From Spirochaetaceae bacterium UBA1318 (GTDB taxonomy: Bacteria; Spirochaetota; Spirochaetia; Treponematales; UBA1318): a DNA stretch of 64,000 nt. This document shows positions 36,101 through 45,010 of this stretch, in pieces. The translations under genes and the position numbers were made by a program. The stretch covers positions 24,449 to 88,448 of the forward strand of contig DBTK01000094.1 of NCBI GenBank assembly GCA_002307015.1. The letters run 5' to 3'. Under the pieces are notes generated by a model. That model made no database searches. It was not told the DNA's origin and saw only the letters and a list, made by a program, of their open reading frames with translations. Within the stretch, counting starts at the first letter, position 1, and each line of letters opens with the position of its first letter.

Positions 36101-38186
36101 GGTCGCCGACTACCGGGCCGTGAGCTTCTACCTGAGGCGGGACGCCACGGTTTCCGGCTCTCCCAACCTGACAGTCACGCTTTCGGGCGGATCGACGAAA
36201 TCCACCGGGGTCATCTCCGTCACCCTGCCCCTCTCGAGCGAGTTCGACACCTGGAGGAAGGTGACGGCCGTCTACGCCGGGGGCAAGAAGACCGTCTACC
36301 TCGACGGCAACACCTCGAAAACCCTCGCCGGAACGACCGTGACGGATTCGGGGGCCGAAACGGCCACGGTCGTCACCCTGGCCGTCGCGAGCTCGGACCT
36401 TTCCTCCGGGAAGTTCTATATGGACGAGCTCTGCCTCGAGAGTTCGGCGGGCTACGTCGAGGCGGGGGGGGATGTGACCTTCACCCTCAACCGGACGGGC
36501 CCCCTGGTCAAGGTTTCAGGCTTTCCGGTCGTGTCGAACCTCGACTTCAAGGAGACGGCGGCGGGGGCCGTCCAGACCCCGGTCGGGGTCGTCGGAACCT
36601 CCATCCCCTCCTACAGCTTCGATACGAACACGGGGGCCGATCTCGTCGGCTCCCGGGTGCAGACGGACGTGATCCTCGCCGGCGAATCAGGCAGCTTCGC
36701 GCCGAGCTTCATCTCCCACCTGGTGCGAATCCCGTCATCCGCCCCCCTCCAGGTCCAGGACATCTTCCAGCTCGACTACCAGGCCTCGACCTACAATCGC
36801 GAGGACAGCCTGAAGCTGCCCCTCCTCGAAAACGGAAACCTGACCCTGACCCAGACCGCCAAATACGTCGACGAGGTCATGGCCCAGACCTGGAAAACCT
36901 CCTTTAGCCAGCCCGTGGCGGTCTCCTCCTTCTCCCTCGTCACCGATCTCGAGAACGACATTCCCGCGTCATTCGCCCCAAACGCCCAGGATTACGGGGC
37001 CTCGTGGAAGGATTCCTACTGGTACTTCCTCCCGAAAAGCGAGGCCGAGGCGACGCAGCGCTCCGGTGCGGCCCAGGCGGGCTTCAAGCTCCCGACGACG
37101 CCGGTCGGGTTCGCCATCGACTCCAAGTCATCCCTGCTCTACGACGCCTCGGCCACCCCGATCCAGACCGACTCGGCCGAATACAAGTTCTCCTTTCCCC
37201 TCCAGGTCGGGGAAGAGATGACGCTCACCCCCGGGTACGAACGGAAGCTCGACATCTCCCGAACGGGGGTCGGGCTCTCTTCCATCCGCTCGAGCCTCCA
37301 GGCGTTCTCGAGCGACCTCGCCGCCCAACCCTACTTCTACCGGTCGGTCCCGTTCGCCGAACTCTACACCTCCTCCGACCGGCTCGGCTTTTCCTCGGCA
37401 TCGAGCGTGGCGAACTTTCCCGTCGCGACCGACGTGCTCTACGTCCCGAAGCTCTCTCTCGCCATGGACAGGCCCATCGGGTCCCGTCCCCTGGACCTCG
37501 TCGTTCCGGTATCCGGCACCGTTTCGGTCGAGCGGGATTTCGAGCGCCTCGACGACAATACCTCCACCTTCAACGCCTACCGGATCTCGACGAAAACGGG
37601 CGCCCTCAACCTCTTCGGCGAGCAGGGAAGCTACCCCCTCGTTTCCTTCTACAGCACCGACGAATTCTACTCCCTCGTGGACGCCGGGATCTCCGTGTCC
37701 ACGGGCGGCTCGGTCATCGCGAGCGACCTCCTCCTCCAGGACATAGCCACCTTCTACGGCGAGGACGACGACAAGTTCACCTCGGACAACCGCCTCACCC
37801 TGAACTCGGACGGCACGGTCGCCGACACCCTCAAGCTCTCCCTTTCGCTCAGGGCGAGGAAATCAGCCATCGCCAGGGCGGCGAACGCGGCCCTCTCACC
37901 CCTCGCCAGCTCCATCGACGGCAAGACCGGCTCGCCCTACCTCGCCAAGATCTTCTCCGCCCAGCCCGTCCTTAAGAACATCGAAACCCTCGAGGGCGGC
38001 TATTCCAGGTCGACGAGCGCGAAAAGCGCGAGCCTCGGCTTCAAGCACGAGACCCAGCTCGGCTATACGGAGCGCTTCACCACCTCGGCCTACGGGCTTT
38101 TCGACTACGCCATCGCCCTGCCGCCCTCGGCGAGGGTGGCCACGCTCAACATCGAGGTCGGCCTGACGATGAAACTCAGCTTTTGA
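33198..38186 (+). CDS. giant secreted protein, probable outer-membrane beta-barrel protein of unknown family
   Basis: 1,662 aa with a TTG (or GTG 33201) start. Signal peptide KKKAVKAALSLLLLCSLIQVASA. S/T/G/A-rich. The C-terminus LNIEVGLTMKLSF has alternating hydrophobics ending in Phe (BAM beta-signal-like). Confidence 0.8.
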   Translation: MVEKKKAVKAALSLLLLCSLIQVASAQNVQSEMMGMVAATTDSGTASAGQNPAASAFHPFHSALIPKDQEAPPSIFQTSVASSDVELFLQGSWEATLSGSFGFGFKPGMGAYPLSSGSPFLFSQVPDLTLSLWLMKRYFFEASFLDGYQLNTFLLGYEGKGNEPLQYVHAGNTSIDFPDYDHVPIAASPAESPGVLVGMQSPISQHQLLVRYDGVKPTTKRFVGKNEDELTEIEPGSYLAGRFFLLPDADIDSGSLVLYEESSSGTYLGQDSRKYRKLTISGTTVEADVSYRTGEIALKTAAAGRVLAYYTKNGKEVGSSGLGAGALSAVDSSGGLDPDGTAVDFSFSSSTYLGRLLSSYEVGIGTQGCVILSDPGRFSPFEEKNRYTAPTGMTNYSYHLSVVDLGAGSAKITSIGVQALKASLNDSSSSSGIASSVGTSTTTATSTTETFILAAAKSANGDIRDPRFRYPFAAKNPRLYLPASGGTEAFESRKILADVLKPVTAFYLDSDTVAGTINVTWNGETEKNFTYDKNTHALNFLRSVGSSDVIVVSYLTIDSARTAGNIAAALGNRFQISPDTSAFLALATRWNLGSSTYTKYDDESPGALTLAGGVNWAPPGYSVKTTAYGTYGNPDTTGKRRLLGMEDNGVELSLSIPGPRSTADTTDVPREATAILDDQGKSLTTDTRGTLIYKDFRSYDTLGNATLMSLGWSIPSSQVYDPSVRRGPYTALDNETDSSKKLSGELMVMDYQVAASEKWVSAVRPLSTAEAATLADTQSIGVFFKLEDSTGASKGDLELHLQAGRLNYPNIASSFTEDSDTILDIPLFTDFSSSSSAENAWQINTTPLSSADRQKLGSATALRFVLLRKAGSVDAAGKILFSPVTVNSTSFGLASAPAGASITSREMSESEIALSGGAVPVGGFLPTKFPDVSKVFHPDGSSNKVLETTWDLPFAGKVSMSRLITSSKVADYRAVSFYLRRDATVSGSPNLTVTLSGGSTKSTGVISVTLPLSSEFDTWRKVTAVYAGGKKTVYLDGNTSKTLAGTTVTDSGAETATVVTLAVASSDLSSGKFYMDELCLESSAGYVEAGGDVTFTLNRTGPLVKVSGFPVVSNLDFKETAAGAVQTPVGVVGTSIPSYSFDTNTGADLVGSRVQTDVILAGESGSFAPSFISHLVRIPSSAPLQVQDIFQLDYQASTYNREDSLKLPLLENGNLTLTQTAKYVDEVMAQTWKTSFSQPVAVSSFSLVTDLENDIPASFAPNAQDYGASWKDSYWYFLPKSEAEATQRSGAAQAGFKLPTTPVGFAIDSKSSLLYDASATPIQTDSAEYKFSFPLQVGEEMTLTPGYERKLDISRTGVGLSSIRSSLQAFSSDLAAQPYFYRSVPFAELYTSSDRLGFSSASSVANFPVATDVLYVPKLSLAMDRPIGSRPLDLVVPVSGTVSVERDFERLDDNTSTFNAYRISTKTGALNLFGEQGSYPLVSFYSTDEFYSLVDAGISVSTGGSVIASDLLLQDIATFYGEDDDKFTSDNRLTLNSDGTVADTLKLSLSLRARKSAIARAANAALSPLASSIDGKTGSPYLAKIFSAQPVLKNIETLEGGYSRSTSAKSASLGFKHETQLGYTERFTTSAYGLFDYAIALPPSARVATLNIEVGLTMKLSF

Positions 38187-38237
38187 CGAGTGTTATGAAG
38201 ACTGCGCAGGGGCGAGCCTCTTCGGCACCCGGCTCGC

Positions 38238-38266
38238 TTGCAAGGAAAGAGCCGATCTGCTACCGT
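38238..38266 (+). promoter_or_regulatory. sigma70-like promoter abutting the mutL start codon
   Basis: TTGCAA-17 nt-TACCGT, then TGACCTG (7 nt, no SD) before ATG 38274. Confidence 0.35.
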
Positions 38267-38273
38267 TGACCTG

Positions 38274-40079
38274 ATGGAACCGAGAAAACCGACCGACGCC
38301 AGAATCAGGGTCCTTCCCCCCGCCGTGTATCGAAAGATCGCCGCGGGCGAGGTGATCGACAGGCCTGCGGCCATCGTCCGGGAACTCATGGACAACGCGA
38401 TCGACTCGGGGGCGACGGAAGTCACGGTCAGCATCGAGGCGGGGGGCGTCGACTCGGTCCGGGTCGTCGACGACGGCCGCGGGATGGACGAGGATGACCT
38501 GAGACTCGCCGCCGAGCCCCACGCGACGAGCAAGATAGAGACCGCAGACGACCTCCTGAAGCTCTCGACCCTCGGCTTCCGCGGGGAAGCCCTCGCCTCG
38601 ATCTCGGCGGTCGCGAGGCTCGAGATCGTCTCGAATCCGGGAACCGGAGCCTCGAGGCTCTCAGCCGATTTCGGCTCCGTCCCCGTCGTCGAGTCCTTTC
38701 ACGGGGCGAAGGGAACCTCGGTCGCCGTATCGGCCCTGTTCGAGTCCTTCCCCGCACGCAAGCAGTTCCTGAAGCGGTCCCAGGCCGAGGGCACGGTGTG
38801 CCGCCAGGTTTTCGTCGACAAGGCCATCGCCTTCCCCGAGGTCGGCTTTCGCTATTTTTCGGACGGCGAGCTCAAGCTCTTCCTGCCGGCCCAGGACCTC
38901 AAGTCCCGGGTCGCGGCGGCCTACCACGACGCGGCGCCGGCGAGCCTCCTCTCCTCCATCGCGGCTTCCGGAAGCGGGTTTTCCTTCGAAGCCGTCGTCG
39001 CGGGACCGGCGATTTCACGAAACGACCGGCGCTACATCCAGGTCTTCGTCAACCGGAGGAGGATCAGCGAGTTCTCCCTCGTCCAGGCCCTGGAGTACGG
39101 CTACGCGTCCTTCCTTCCCGGGGGCAAGGAGCCGGTCGCCTTCCTCTTCCTGGAGGTGGACCCCGCCCTCGCCGATTTCAACATCCACCCCGCGAAAAAG
39201 GAAGCGAGGATCAAGAACATCCAGGACATCCACCACCGGGTTTCCGAAACGGTCCGAGCCTACCTCCACGACCTCGCGGTCGCCGACTTCTCCAAGCGCC
39301 GGGAGGCCGGTTCCGATTCCTTCAATCCGGAAAAATACCTGGCCGAGACCCCGGGGTTCTTCGCCCCTCCCCCCGGTCCGGCCTCGGGCCGGCCGGCCGA
39401 CTGGCCGCGCTACGACCGGGAGACCGCGACGCCCCGGGAGGCCGCGACCTTCGCCGCCGAGACGGTGAGGCTGTCGGGCTCCATCGATTCCTTCCGGAAC
39501 CCGGCCGCCGCATCGGGCGGGACCGCCGGGACCGCCCCCTTCCGCTATCTCGGCCAGGCCTTCAACCTCTTCCTCGTCTGCGAGGTCGGGGACGAGCTCT
39601 ACCTGATCGACCAGCACGCGGCCCACGAGAGGCTGCTCTTCGAAAAGCTCAAATCCGCCCCGCCGACCGTCCAGGAACTCCTCGTTCCCGCCGTCATCGA
39701 AACGGACGGCCCCGACGAGGACGCCCTCCTGGAGGAAAGGAGGCTGGCGGCCGAAAAGGTGGGATTCAGGATCGAGAAATCGGGAGAGGGGCGATGGGCG
39801 GCGACGGCCGTTCCCGCGGGCTACCGGGAATCCTCGCGCAGGCTGCACGACGACCTCCTCGAGACGCTGAAGGACGACTCGGATTTCGAGACCGCCCTCT
39901 TCGCCACCGTCGCCTGCAGGTCGGCCGTCAAGGACGGCGAGCTCCTTTCGGCGACGGCTGCCTGCGCCATCATCGACGGGGCCCTCAGGCTCGAGAACCC
40001 CCGCTGCCCCCACGGACGTCCCATCTGGCACCGCATCAGCCGCGACGAGCTCTTCAGCCTCGTCCAGCGCACCGTCTAG
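38274..40079 (+). CDS. mutL: DNA mismatch repair protein MutL
   Basis: ORF 38238..40079. The TTG 38238 is the predicted -35 box, so ATG 38274 is preferred. GHKL motifs IAAGEVIDRPAAIVRELMDNAIDSGA and DDGRGM. C-terminal endonuclease-type region with CPHGRP. Confidence 0.93.
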   Translation: MEPRKPTDARIRVLPPAVYRKIAAGEVIDRPAAIVRELMDNAIDSGATEVTVSIEAGGVDSVRVVDDGRGMDEDDLRLAAEPHATSKIETADDLLKLSTLGFRGEALASISAVARLEIVSNPGTGASRLSADFGSVPVVESFHGAKGTSVAVSALFESFPARKQFLKRSQAEGTVCRQVFVDKAIAFPEVGFRYFSDGELKLFLPAQDLKSRVAAAYHDAAPASLLSSIAASGSGFSFEAVVAGPAISRNDRRYIQVFVNRRRISEFSLVQALEYGYASFLPGGKEPVAFLFLEVDPALADFNIHPAKKEARIKNIQDIHHRVSETVRAYLHDLAVADFSKRREAGSDSFNPEKYLAETPGFFAPPPGPASGRPADWPRYDRETATPREAATFAAETVRLSGSIDSFRNPAAASGGTAGTAPFRYLGQAFNLFLVCEVGDELYLIDQHAAHERLLFEKLKSAPPTVQELLVPAVIETDGPDEDALLEERRLAAEKVGFRIEKSGEGRWAATAVPAGYRESSRRLHDDLLETLKDDSDFETALFATVACRSAVKDGELLSATAACAIIDGALRLENPRCPHGRPIWHRISRDELFSLVQRTV

Positions 40080-40126
40080 CCGGCCGGAAGGGCCTTACAA
40101 TGCGCCATCATCACCAATTCTCTGAC

Positions 40127-40159
40127 AGGCTGTTGAATGCTGATGCATTTCAACAGCCT
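40127..40159. terminator. strong hairpin between convergent mutL and TPR genes
   Basis: AGGCTGTTGAATGC-tgat-GCATTTCAACAGCCT forms a 14-bp stem with a 1-nt bulge. It ends at the TPR gene stop codon. No U-tract on either side. Confidence 0.4.
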
Positions 40160-42085
40160 CTAGAGGCCGGCCAGGATCTTTTCCACCTCGGCCCTTTTAT
40201 CGTAGTCGGGCTTCTTCTGGAGCAGGTCTGAGAAGGTCTTCTTCGCCGAATCGTGATCCCCCAGCGTGACGTAGACCTTGCCCAGTTCGTAGAACGCGTC
40301 CCACTGGCTCGGGCTCAGCTTCACGAGCTCGCCGTAGGTATCCCTCGCCTTCTCGTAGTTCTTGTTCCCGACGTAGGCACGGGCCAGAGCGAGCCGCTCG
40401 AGCGGGTCGCGGGGATTCAGGGCGAGGGCGTTTTCGTAGAAGGCCACGCTCTTGTCGAAGAGCTCTTTTTTCGCGTAGGCGGCGCCGAGGTTGTTGTTCG
40501 CCTTCAGGTTCTTGGCGTCGATCTGGTAGGCCTGGAGGGAGAAATCGAGGGCCTTGTCGATGAATCCCTCGTTGAAGTAGATCGTGCCCAGGTTGACCCG
40601 CGGATTCGCGTAGCCCTTGTCGAGGTTCGCCGCCTCGGTGTAGGCCGAGATCGCCCCGTCGGTGTTGTCGGCGACCTCGAAGGCGAGGCCGAGGGTGTAC
40701 TGGTAGAGGGCCGAGGACGGTTTCTGCGAAACGGCCTTCTGGGCGAACTGGACGGCCTCCTTGCCCTTGCCGAGATTGAGCTTGACCACGGCCATGTTGT
40801 AGTCGGTGGTGTCGTCCTCCCGGGAAACGAGGGCCCGCTGGAAAAGCCCCTCGGCCGTCTTGTAGTCGCCCGAGGAGCTGTAGGCGGCGGCGAGCTCCCT
40901 CATCGCGACGGGATCGTCCGGAGCCATCACAAGGGTTTTCTTGTAGGCGGCTATGGCCCCCGCGTCGTCGCCCTTCGCCTCCAGGAGACGGGCGACCTCG
41001 AGCTCGGCCTTCGCGTAGTCGGGCTTCACCAGGACCGCCTTCTGGAAGGCCTTGAGGGCTCCGGCCTGGTCGCCGAGCACCTTGAGGGTGCCGCCGAGGT
41101 TGACGTAGGCCGACTCGAACTTCGGGTTGAGGGCCGTCGTCGTTTCGAAGGACTGGCGGGCGTCGGGGTATTTCCGGGCGCCGAACTGGGCCTTGCCCAG
41201 CTCGAAGCTCACCAGGTAGTTCTTCGGGTCCAGGCGGGAGGCCTCGACGAGTTCGACGACCGCGTTGTCCCACTGCTTCAGGTCGTTGTTGATCTTCCCG
41301 AGGGTATAATGGGGAAGGGATATCGAGGGATCCTTCTTGACCGCGTCGCGGCTGTTCTTGATCGCGTCCTTGAGAAGATCCTGGCTCGCCGGGTCGTCCG
41401 GATTCTGCTTGTAGCCCTGGTAGAAGGAATCCCCGACGTCGGCGAGGACCGACGCCGATCCGCCCGACAGGTCCGCGGCATCCGCGAAGCTCTGCCTGGC
41501 CTCGGGGTATTTCTTGTCGGCGAGGTCCTTCTTTCCGAGGTCGAGCAGGCCCTGGATCTTCTTCGCCTTCTCCTGCTCGTCCTTGGTTTTCTTCGCGAGG
41601 TCGGCGGCTTCGGCCTTCTTCCGGGCCGAGGCCGCCTCGGCCTCGGCCTGACGCTGCCTGGCCGCAGAATCGTCGAGGGCGGCTGGCGCGGGAGCGGCGG
41701 GCTTGGCCTTGGCGGTTTTTTCGAGCTGGTTCCCGAGCTTGTTGAGGGACTGGGCCAGGCTCTGCTGCTGGTTCTTCTCCAGTTCGCTCTGCTTCTCCTG
41801 CTGGCCCGCCTCGAAGGTCTTTTTCGCCGAAATCGCCTCGTCGCGGAGCTTCTTGGCGTCTGCGTCGTCCGCGTTCTGGATCAGGAGCTTGTCCAGGAGG
41901 TCGAGGGCCCTCTGGTATTCCTGCTGGGATACGTAGTCCCTGGCGAGGGCGAGGGTGTTCTTCCGCTCCGACGAGCCGCCCTTCCCCCCGGTCGAGAGGA
42001 AAAACGCCCCGACAGCGATCGCAACGAGAACGAGAAACCCGCCCGCGAGGGCGAGGTACCGTGTTTTCCTTGAATCAATGCTCAT
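40160..42085 (-). CDS. membrane-anchored TPR repeat protein
   Basis: ORF 40160..42184. ATG 42085 gives MSIDSRKTRYLALAGGFLVLVAIAV (TM anchor). A K/E/A/Q coiled-coil segment is followed by many TPR-like repeats. Confidence 0.85.
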   Translation of the reverse strand: MSIDSRKTRYLALAGGFLVLVAIAVGAFFLSTGGKGGSSERKNTLALARDYVSQQEYQRALDLLDKLLIQNADDADAKKLRDEAISAKKTFEAGQQEKQSELEKNQQQSLAQSLNKLGNQLEKTAKAKPAAPAPAALDDSAARQRQAEAEAASARKKAEAADLAKKTKDEQEKAKKIQGLLDLGKKDLADKKYPEARQSFADAADLSGGSASVLADVGDSFYQGYKQNPDDPASQDLLKDAIKNSRDAVKKDPSISLPHYTLGKINNDLKQWDNAVVELVEASRLDPKNYLVSFELGKAQFGARKYPDARQSFETTTALNPKFESAYVNLGGTLKVLGDQAGALKAFQKAVLVKPDYAKAELEVARLLEAKGDDAGAIAAYKKTLVMAPDDPVAMRELAAAYSSSGDYKTAEGLFQRALVSREDDTTDYNMAVVKLNLGKGKEAVQFAQKAVSQKPSSALYQYTLGLAFEVADNTDGAISAYTEAANLDKGYANPRVNLGTIYFNEGFIDKALDFSLQAYQIDAKNLKANNNLGAAYAKKELFDKSVAFYENALALNPRDPLERLALARAYVGNKNYEKARDTYGELVKLSPSQWDAFYELGKVYVTLGDHDSAKKTFSDLLQKKPDYDKRAEVEKILAGL

Positions 42086-42134
42086 GTGTTCCCCTATCAG
42101 GCTTTCGAACTGCCCGGGGCGTTCCGGCGCCCCG

Positions 42135-42887
42135 CTACTGTTCGAGCTGGAAATCCTCGTTGTAGCCCTGCACGTTCTCGGCACCGGCCGAAAGGCTCTT
42201 GGTGTCGTCCGCGGCGGCTTTGAGCGAGCTCGAGATATCGTTGAGCAGGGCCTGCTTCCGGTCGGCCTCGGCCTGCTTGGCCGCCTCGGCAGCCTGCTTT
42301 TTCTGTTCGGCCTCGGCGAGCTTTCCGTTGATGATCGCGACCACCTTTTCGATGGAGGGGCGCTTGGGAGAGGCCGGCTCGAGCGAGAGGTAGCGGGTAT
42401 AGTCGGCGACCGCGTCGGGAAAGTTCTGGAGATTCACGCGGGTGTTCGCCCGGTTGAGGTAGGCGGGGGAAAAGGCGTCATTCGCGGCGAGGGCCTGGGA
42501 GTACATGTCGTCGGCGAAGTTGTTTCTCCCCTGGGTGAAGTAGACGTTGCCGAGGTTGTAGTAGAACAGGTGCCGGTACTGGACGGCCACCGAGGCGCCC
42601 TTCCTCAGGGCGGCGACGGCCTCGTCGTAGCGCTTGAGCTGCTGGTAGGCGATGCCGAGCTCGAGCCAGGCCTTTTCGTTCTGGGGATCCTGCTTGACCG
42701 CCGATTCGAGAAGGGCCGAGGCCTCCAGGGGTTTGTTCTGCATGAACAGCTTTTCCCCGTCGTCGAAGAACGAGGCGGCGGCCAGGGGCAGGCCGAGGAG
42801 CGAGGCGAGAACCAGAACGCGGAGCGCCCCGAGCCAGGCCTCGGGAAATCCCCCGGGAATCTTGATGGATTTGACATTTACCGTCAA
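42135..42887 (-). CDS. secreted TPR repeat protein
   Basis: Only the last 250 codons of ORF 42135..43844 look coding; the rest is antisense to the 42951 gene. TTG 42887 gives a signal-like LGALRVLVLASLLGLPLAAA, then TPR repeats and a KQA-rich coiled coil. Start uncertain. Confidence 0.65.
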   Translation of the reverse strand: MTVNVKSIKIPGGFPEAWLGALRVLVLASLLGLPLAAASFFDDGEKLFMQNKPLEASALLESAVKQDPQNEKAWLELGIAYQQLKRYDEAVAALRKGASVAVQYRHLFYYNLGNVYFTQGRNNFADDMYSQALAANDAFSPAYLNRANTRVNLQNFPDAVADYTRYLSLEPASPKRPSIEKVVAIINGKLAEAEQKKQAAEAAKQAEADRKQALLNDISSSLKAAADDTKSLSAGAENVQGYNEDFQLEQ

Positions 42888-42950
42888 AATAGCTACTCTC
42901 TTTAAGGAACGATACCATATCGCGAGTGAAAGGGCAACCGAAAGGGGTGC

Positions 42951-44342
42951 ATGTCTGTCGTTACCATCGTCATAATAATTCTCGGCGTCGGCATCGGATT
43001 TCTCGCTTTTTTCCTGATAAAATCCGTCATTGCGCCCAAACAGATCGCCGCAGTCGGCGCCCTCATCAAACAGGGCAAGAACCAGCAGGCGGCGCGCCTG
43101 GCCAAGCAGATCATTACCAAGGATCCCCGGAATCCCCAGGCCCACTATTACCTGGGCCTCTCCTACCTGGCCGAGGGCAAACCCGAACTCGCGCTGATGG
43201 AGTTCAAGACGGTCAACCAGATCGGGGTTTTCGAGCGCGACCTTCCGGAGAAGGAATTCCGCCAGAAGATGGCCTCCCTCTACATCAGGTTCAACCAGAA
43301 GGAGGAGGCGCTCAAGGAGTACCTCGTCCTCATCAAGCTCGATCCGTTCAAGGCCGAGAACTACTACGAGGCGGGCAGGCTTTTCATGGAGAGGGGAAGG
43401 CTCGACAGCGCCGTCAACTACCTCCAGAAGTCCATCGAGGTGGACCCGCGGTTCGGAAAGGCCCATTTCGAGCTCGCCAAGCTTCTCTACAAGGACAAGA
43501 AGCCGGTCGAGGCGAAAAGCGAGATTGAGCTCGCCCTCAAGACCGAGCCGGACAACTACGAGGCCTACTTCTACCTCGGCAAGCTCCTGAAGGACGGCCA
43601 CGATTATGTCGGCGCCCTCCTCGCCTTCGAGCGGGCGCAGAAGGCCCCCGACTACAAGGTGAAGTCTCTCATCGAGCGCGGCGGCTGCTACATGAGCACG
43701 GGAAGCCTCGACAAGGCCATCGTCGAGCTCGAGCGCGCCCTCAAGATCTCGAAGGACGACGCGGCCCCCGACATCCTCTACTGCCGGTACTTCCTGGCGA
43801 TGTGCTACGAAAAGCTCCGCAACCTCGACCTCGCGATCGTCCAATGGGAAAGGATCTACGCCAAGAAGCCCGCCTTCAAGGACGTCGCCGAGAAGCTGAG
43901 CCAGTATCAGGAATTCCGGACCGACGACCGCATCAAGGACTACCTGACGAGCGCCCGCGAGGAATTCGTCGAGATCTGCCGGTCCATCGCCGAGGACGGA
44001 ATCGGGCTCTCGATCCGGGACGTGAAGGAGACGGCGAACGGCTGCGATATCGTCGCGGTCGAGAACGAATCGATCAAATGGCGGAACACCAAACGGATGC
44101 CCCGCCTCCTCCGGTTTCTGAGGATACCGGACATGGTGGACGAGTCGACGGTGAGGGCCATCCTGGAGGACGTGAAGAAGCTCGGCGTCGTCAGGGGGGC
44201 CCTGGTCACGAGCTCGGGCTTTTCGCGGACGGCGATGGAATACGCCGAGTCGAGGCCCGTGGATCTGTTCAACAAGGAGAAGCTTCAGGAGATGTTGAAC
44301 AAGGCGGCGTACTTCACGAAACCCGCCGGAAAGAAGAAATGA
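42951..44342 (+). CDS. N-terminal TM anchor + TPR repeats + C-terminal Mrr-like restriction-endonuclease-fold domain
   Basis: MSVVTIVIIILGVGIGFLAFFLI forms the TM anchor, followed by about 7 TPR repeats. The C-terminus FVEICRSIAEDGIGL...NGCDIVAV...ALVTSSGFSRTAMEYAESRPVDLFNKEKLQEM resembles Mrr_cat. The expected (D/E/Q)xK position reads RFL, so it may be catalytically degenerate. Confidence 0.8.
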   Translation: MSVVTIVIIILGVGIGFLAFFLIKSVIAPKQIAAVGALIKQGKNQQAARLAKQIITKDPRNPQAHYYLGLSYLAEGKPELALMEFKTVNQIGVFERDLPEKEFRQKMASLYIRFNQKEEALKEYLVLIKLDPFKAENYYEAGRLFMERGRLDSAVNYLQKSIEVDPRFGKAHFELAKLLYKDKKPVEAKSEIELALKTEPDNYEAYFYLGKLLKDGHDYVGALLAFERAQKAPDYKVKSLIERGGCYMSTGSLDKAIVELERALKISKDDAAPDILYCRYFLAMCYEKLRNLDLAIVQWERIYAKKPAFKDVAEKLSQYQEFRTDDRIKDYLTSAREEFVEICRSIAEDGIGLSIRDVKETANGCDIVAVENESIKWRNTKRMPRLLRFLRIPDMVDESTVRAILEDVKKLGVVRGALVTSSGFSRTAMEYAESRPVDLFNKEKLQEMLNKAAYFTKPAGKKK

Positions 44343-45010
44343 AGATCCTGTGCATCTCGGACCAGATCGATTCCCTGATCTACTCCCCCGCGATCAAGGA
44401 GCGGTTCTCGGACATCGACCTCGTCATCAGCGCCGGCGACCTGCCGATGGAGTACCTGGGCTACATCGTCACCTGCCTCAACAAGCCCCTGCTCTACGTG
44501 TTCGGCAACCACAACCTGAGCGAGTACACCCACATCACCGAGCCGAACCTCATCAGGACCACCATCTCGGATGAGATAGACGGCGTCGACCACTCCTTCG
44601 GTTCGACCCACATCGGATTCAAGATCATGCGGGTCAAAGGCCTGATCTTCATGGGACTCGGCGGCTCCATCATGTACAACAACGGGCTCAACCAGTACAC
44701 GAATTTCCAGATGCTCCGAAAGATCCTGTGGATGACGCCCCATCTCCTCTTCAACCGCATTTTCTACGGCCGCTACCTCGACATCCTGGTGACCCACGCC
44801 CCGCCCCTCGGCATCCATGACAAGAACGACCCCTGCCATGTCGGCTTCAAGCCCTTCCTCTGGTTCATGCGCACTTTCAAGCCGAAGTACCTCATCCACG
44901 GCCACATCCACCTTTACGACTTGAACGACGTCCGCTCGAGCGTCTACCAGGAGACGGTCGTCCTCAACGCCTACAGCCACCATATCCTCGACCTGGGGGA
45001 GGCTCCATGA
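44339..45010 (+). CDS. calcineurin-like metallophosphoesterase
   Basis: Internal ATG of ORF 43802..45010, in an ATGA overlap with the upstream stop. Motifs SAGDLP, FGNHN, LVTHAPP and IHGHIH. Motif I reads ISDQ rather than DxH. Confidence 0.85.
   Translation: MKILCISDQIDSLIYSPAIKERFSDIDLVISAGDLPMEYLGYIVTCLNKPLLYVFGNHNLSEYTHITEPNLIRTTISDEIDGVDHSFGSTHIGFKIMRVKGLIFMGLGGSIMYNNGLNQYTNFQMLRKILWMTPHLLFNRIFYGRYLDILVTHAPPLGIHDKNDPCHVGFKPFLWFMRTFKPKYLIHGHIHLYDLNDVRSSVYQETVVLNAYSHHILDLGEAP

Noticed and set aside
33248-36907. 1,219-aa + strand ORF in an alternative frame of the giant protein gene
   Set aside because: It is Arg/Gly/Pro-dominated and has no signal peptide. The 33198 frame has a signal peptide, balanced composition and a beta-signal C-terminus.
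42888-43844. N-terminal 319 codons of ORF 42135..43844
   Set aside because: This part is antisense to the well-supported TM-TPR-Mrr-like gene and has shadow-ORF composition. Only the distal 250 codons (signal peptide plus TPR) look genuine.
43802-44338. N-terminal extension of the metallophosphoesterase ORF
   Set aside because: It overlaps the upstream gene in another frame and is R/G/E-rich. The internal ATG 44339 gives the canonical MKILCISD... phosphoesterase N-terminus and an ATGA coupling.
42951-44342. Active type IV (Mrr-like) restriction enzyme
   Set aside because: The catalytic (D/E/Q)xK position appears substituted (RFL). The domain is fused to a TM anchor and TPR repeats, and no modification or restriction partner genes are adjacent. 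I therefore describe it only as an Mrr-like fold.
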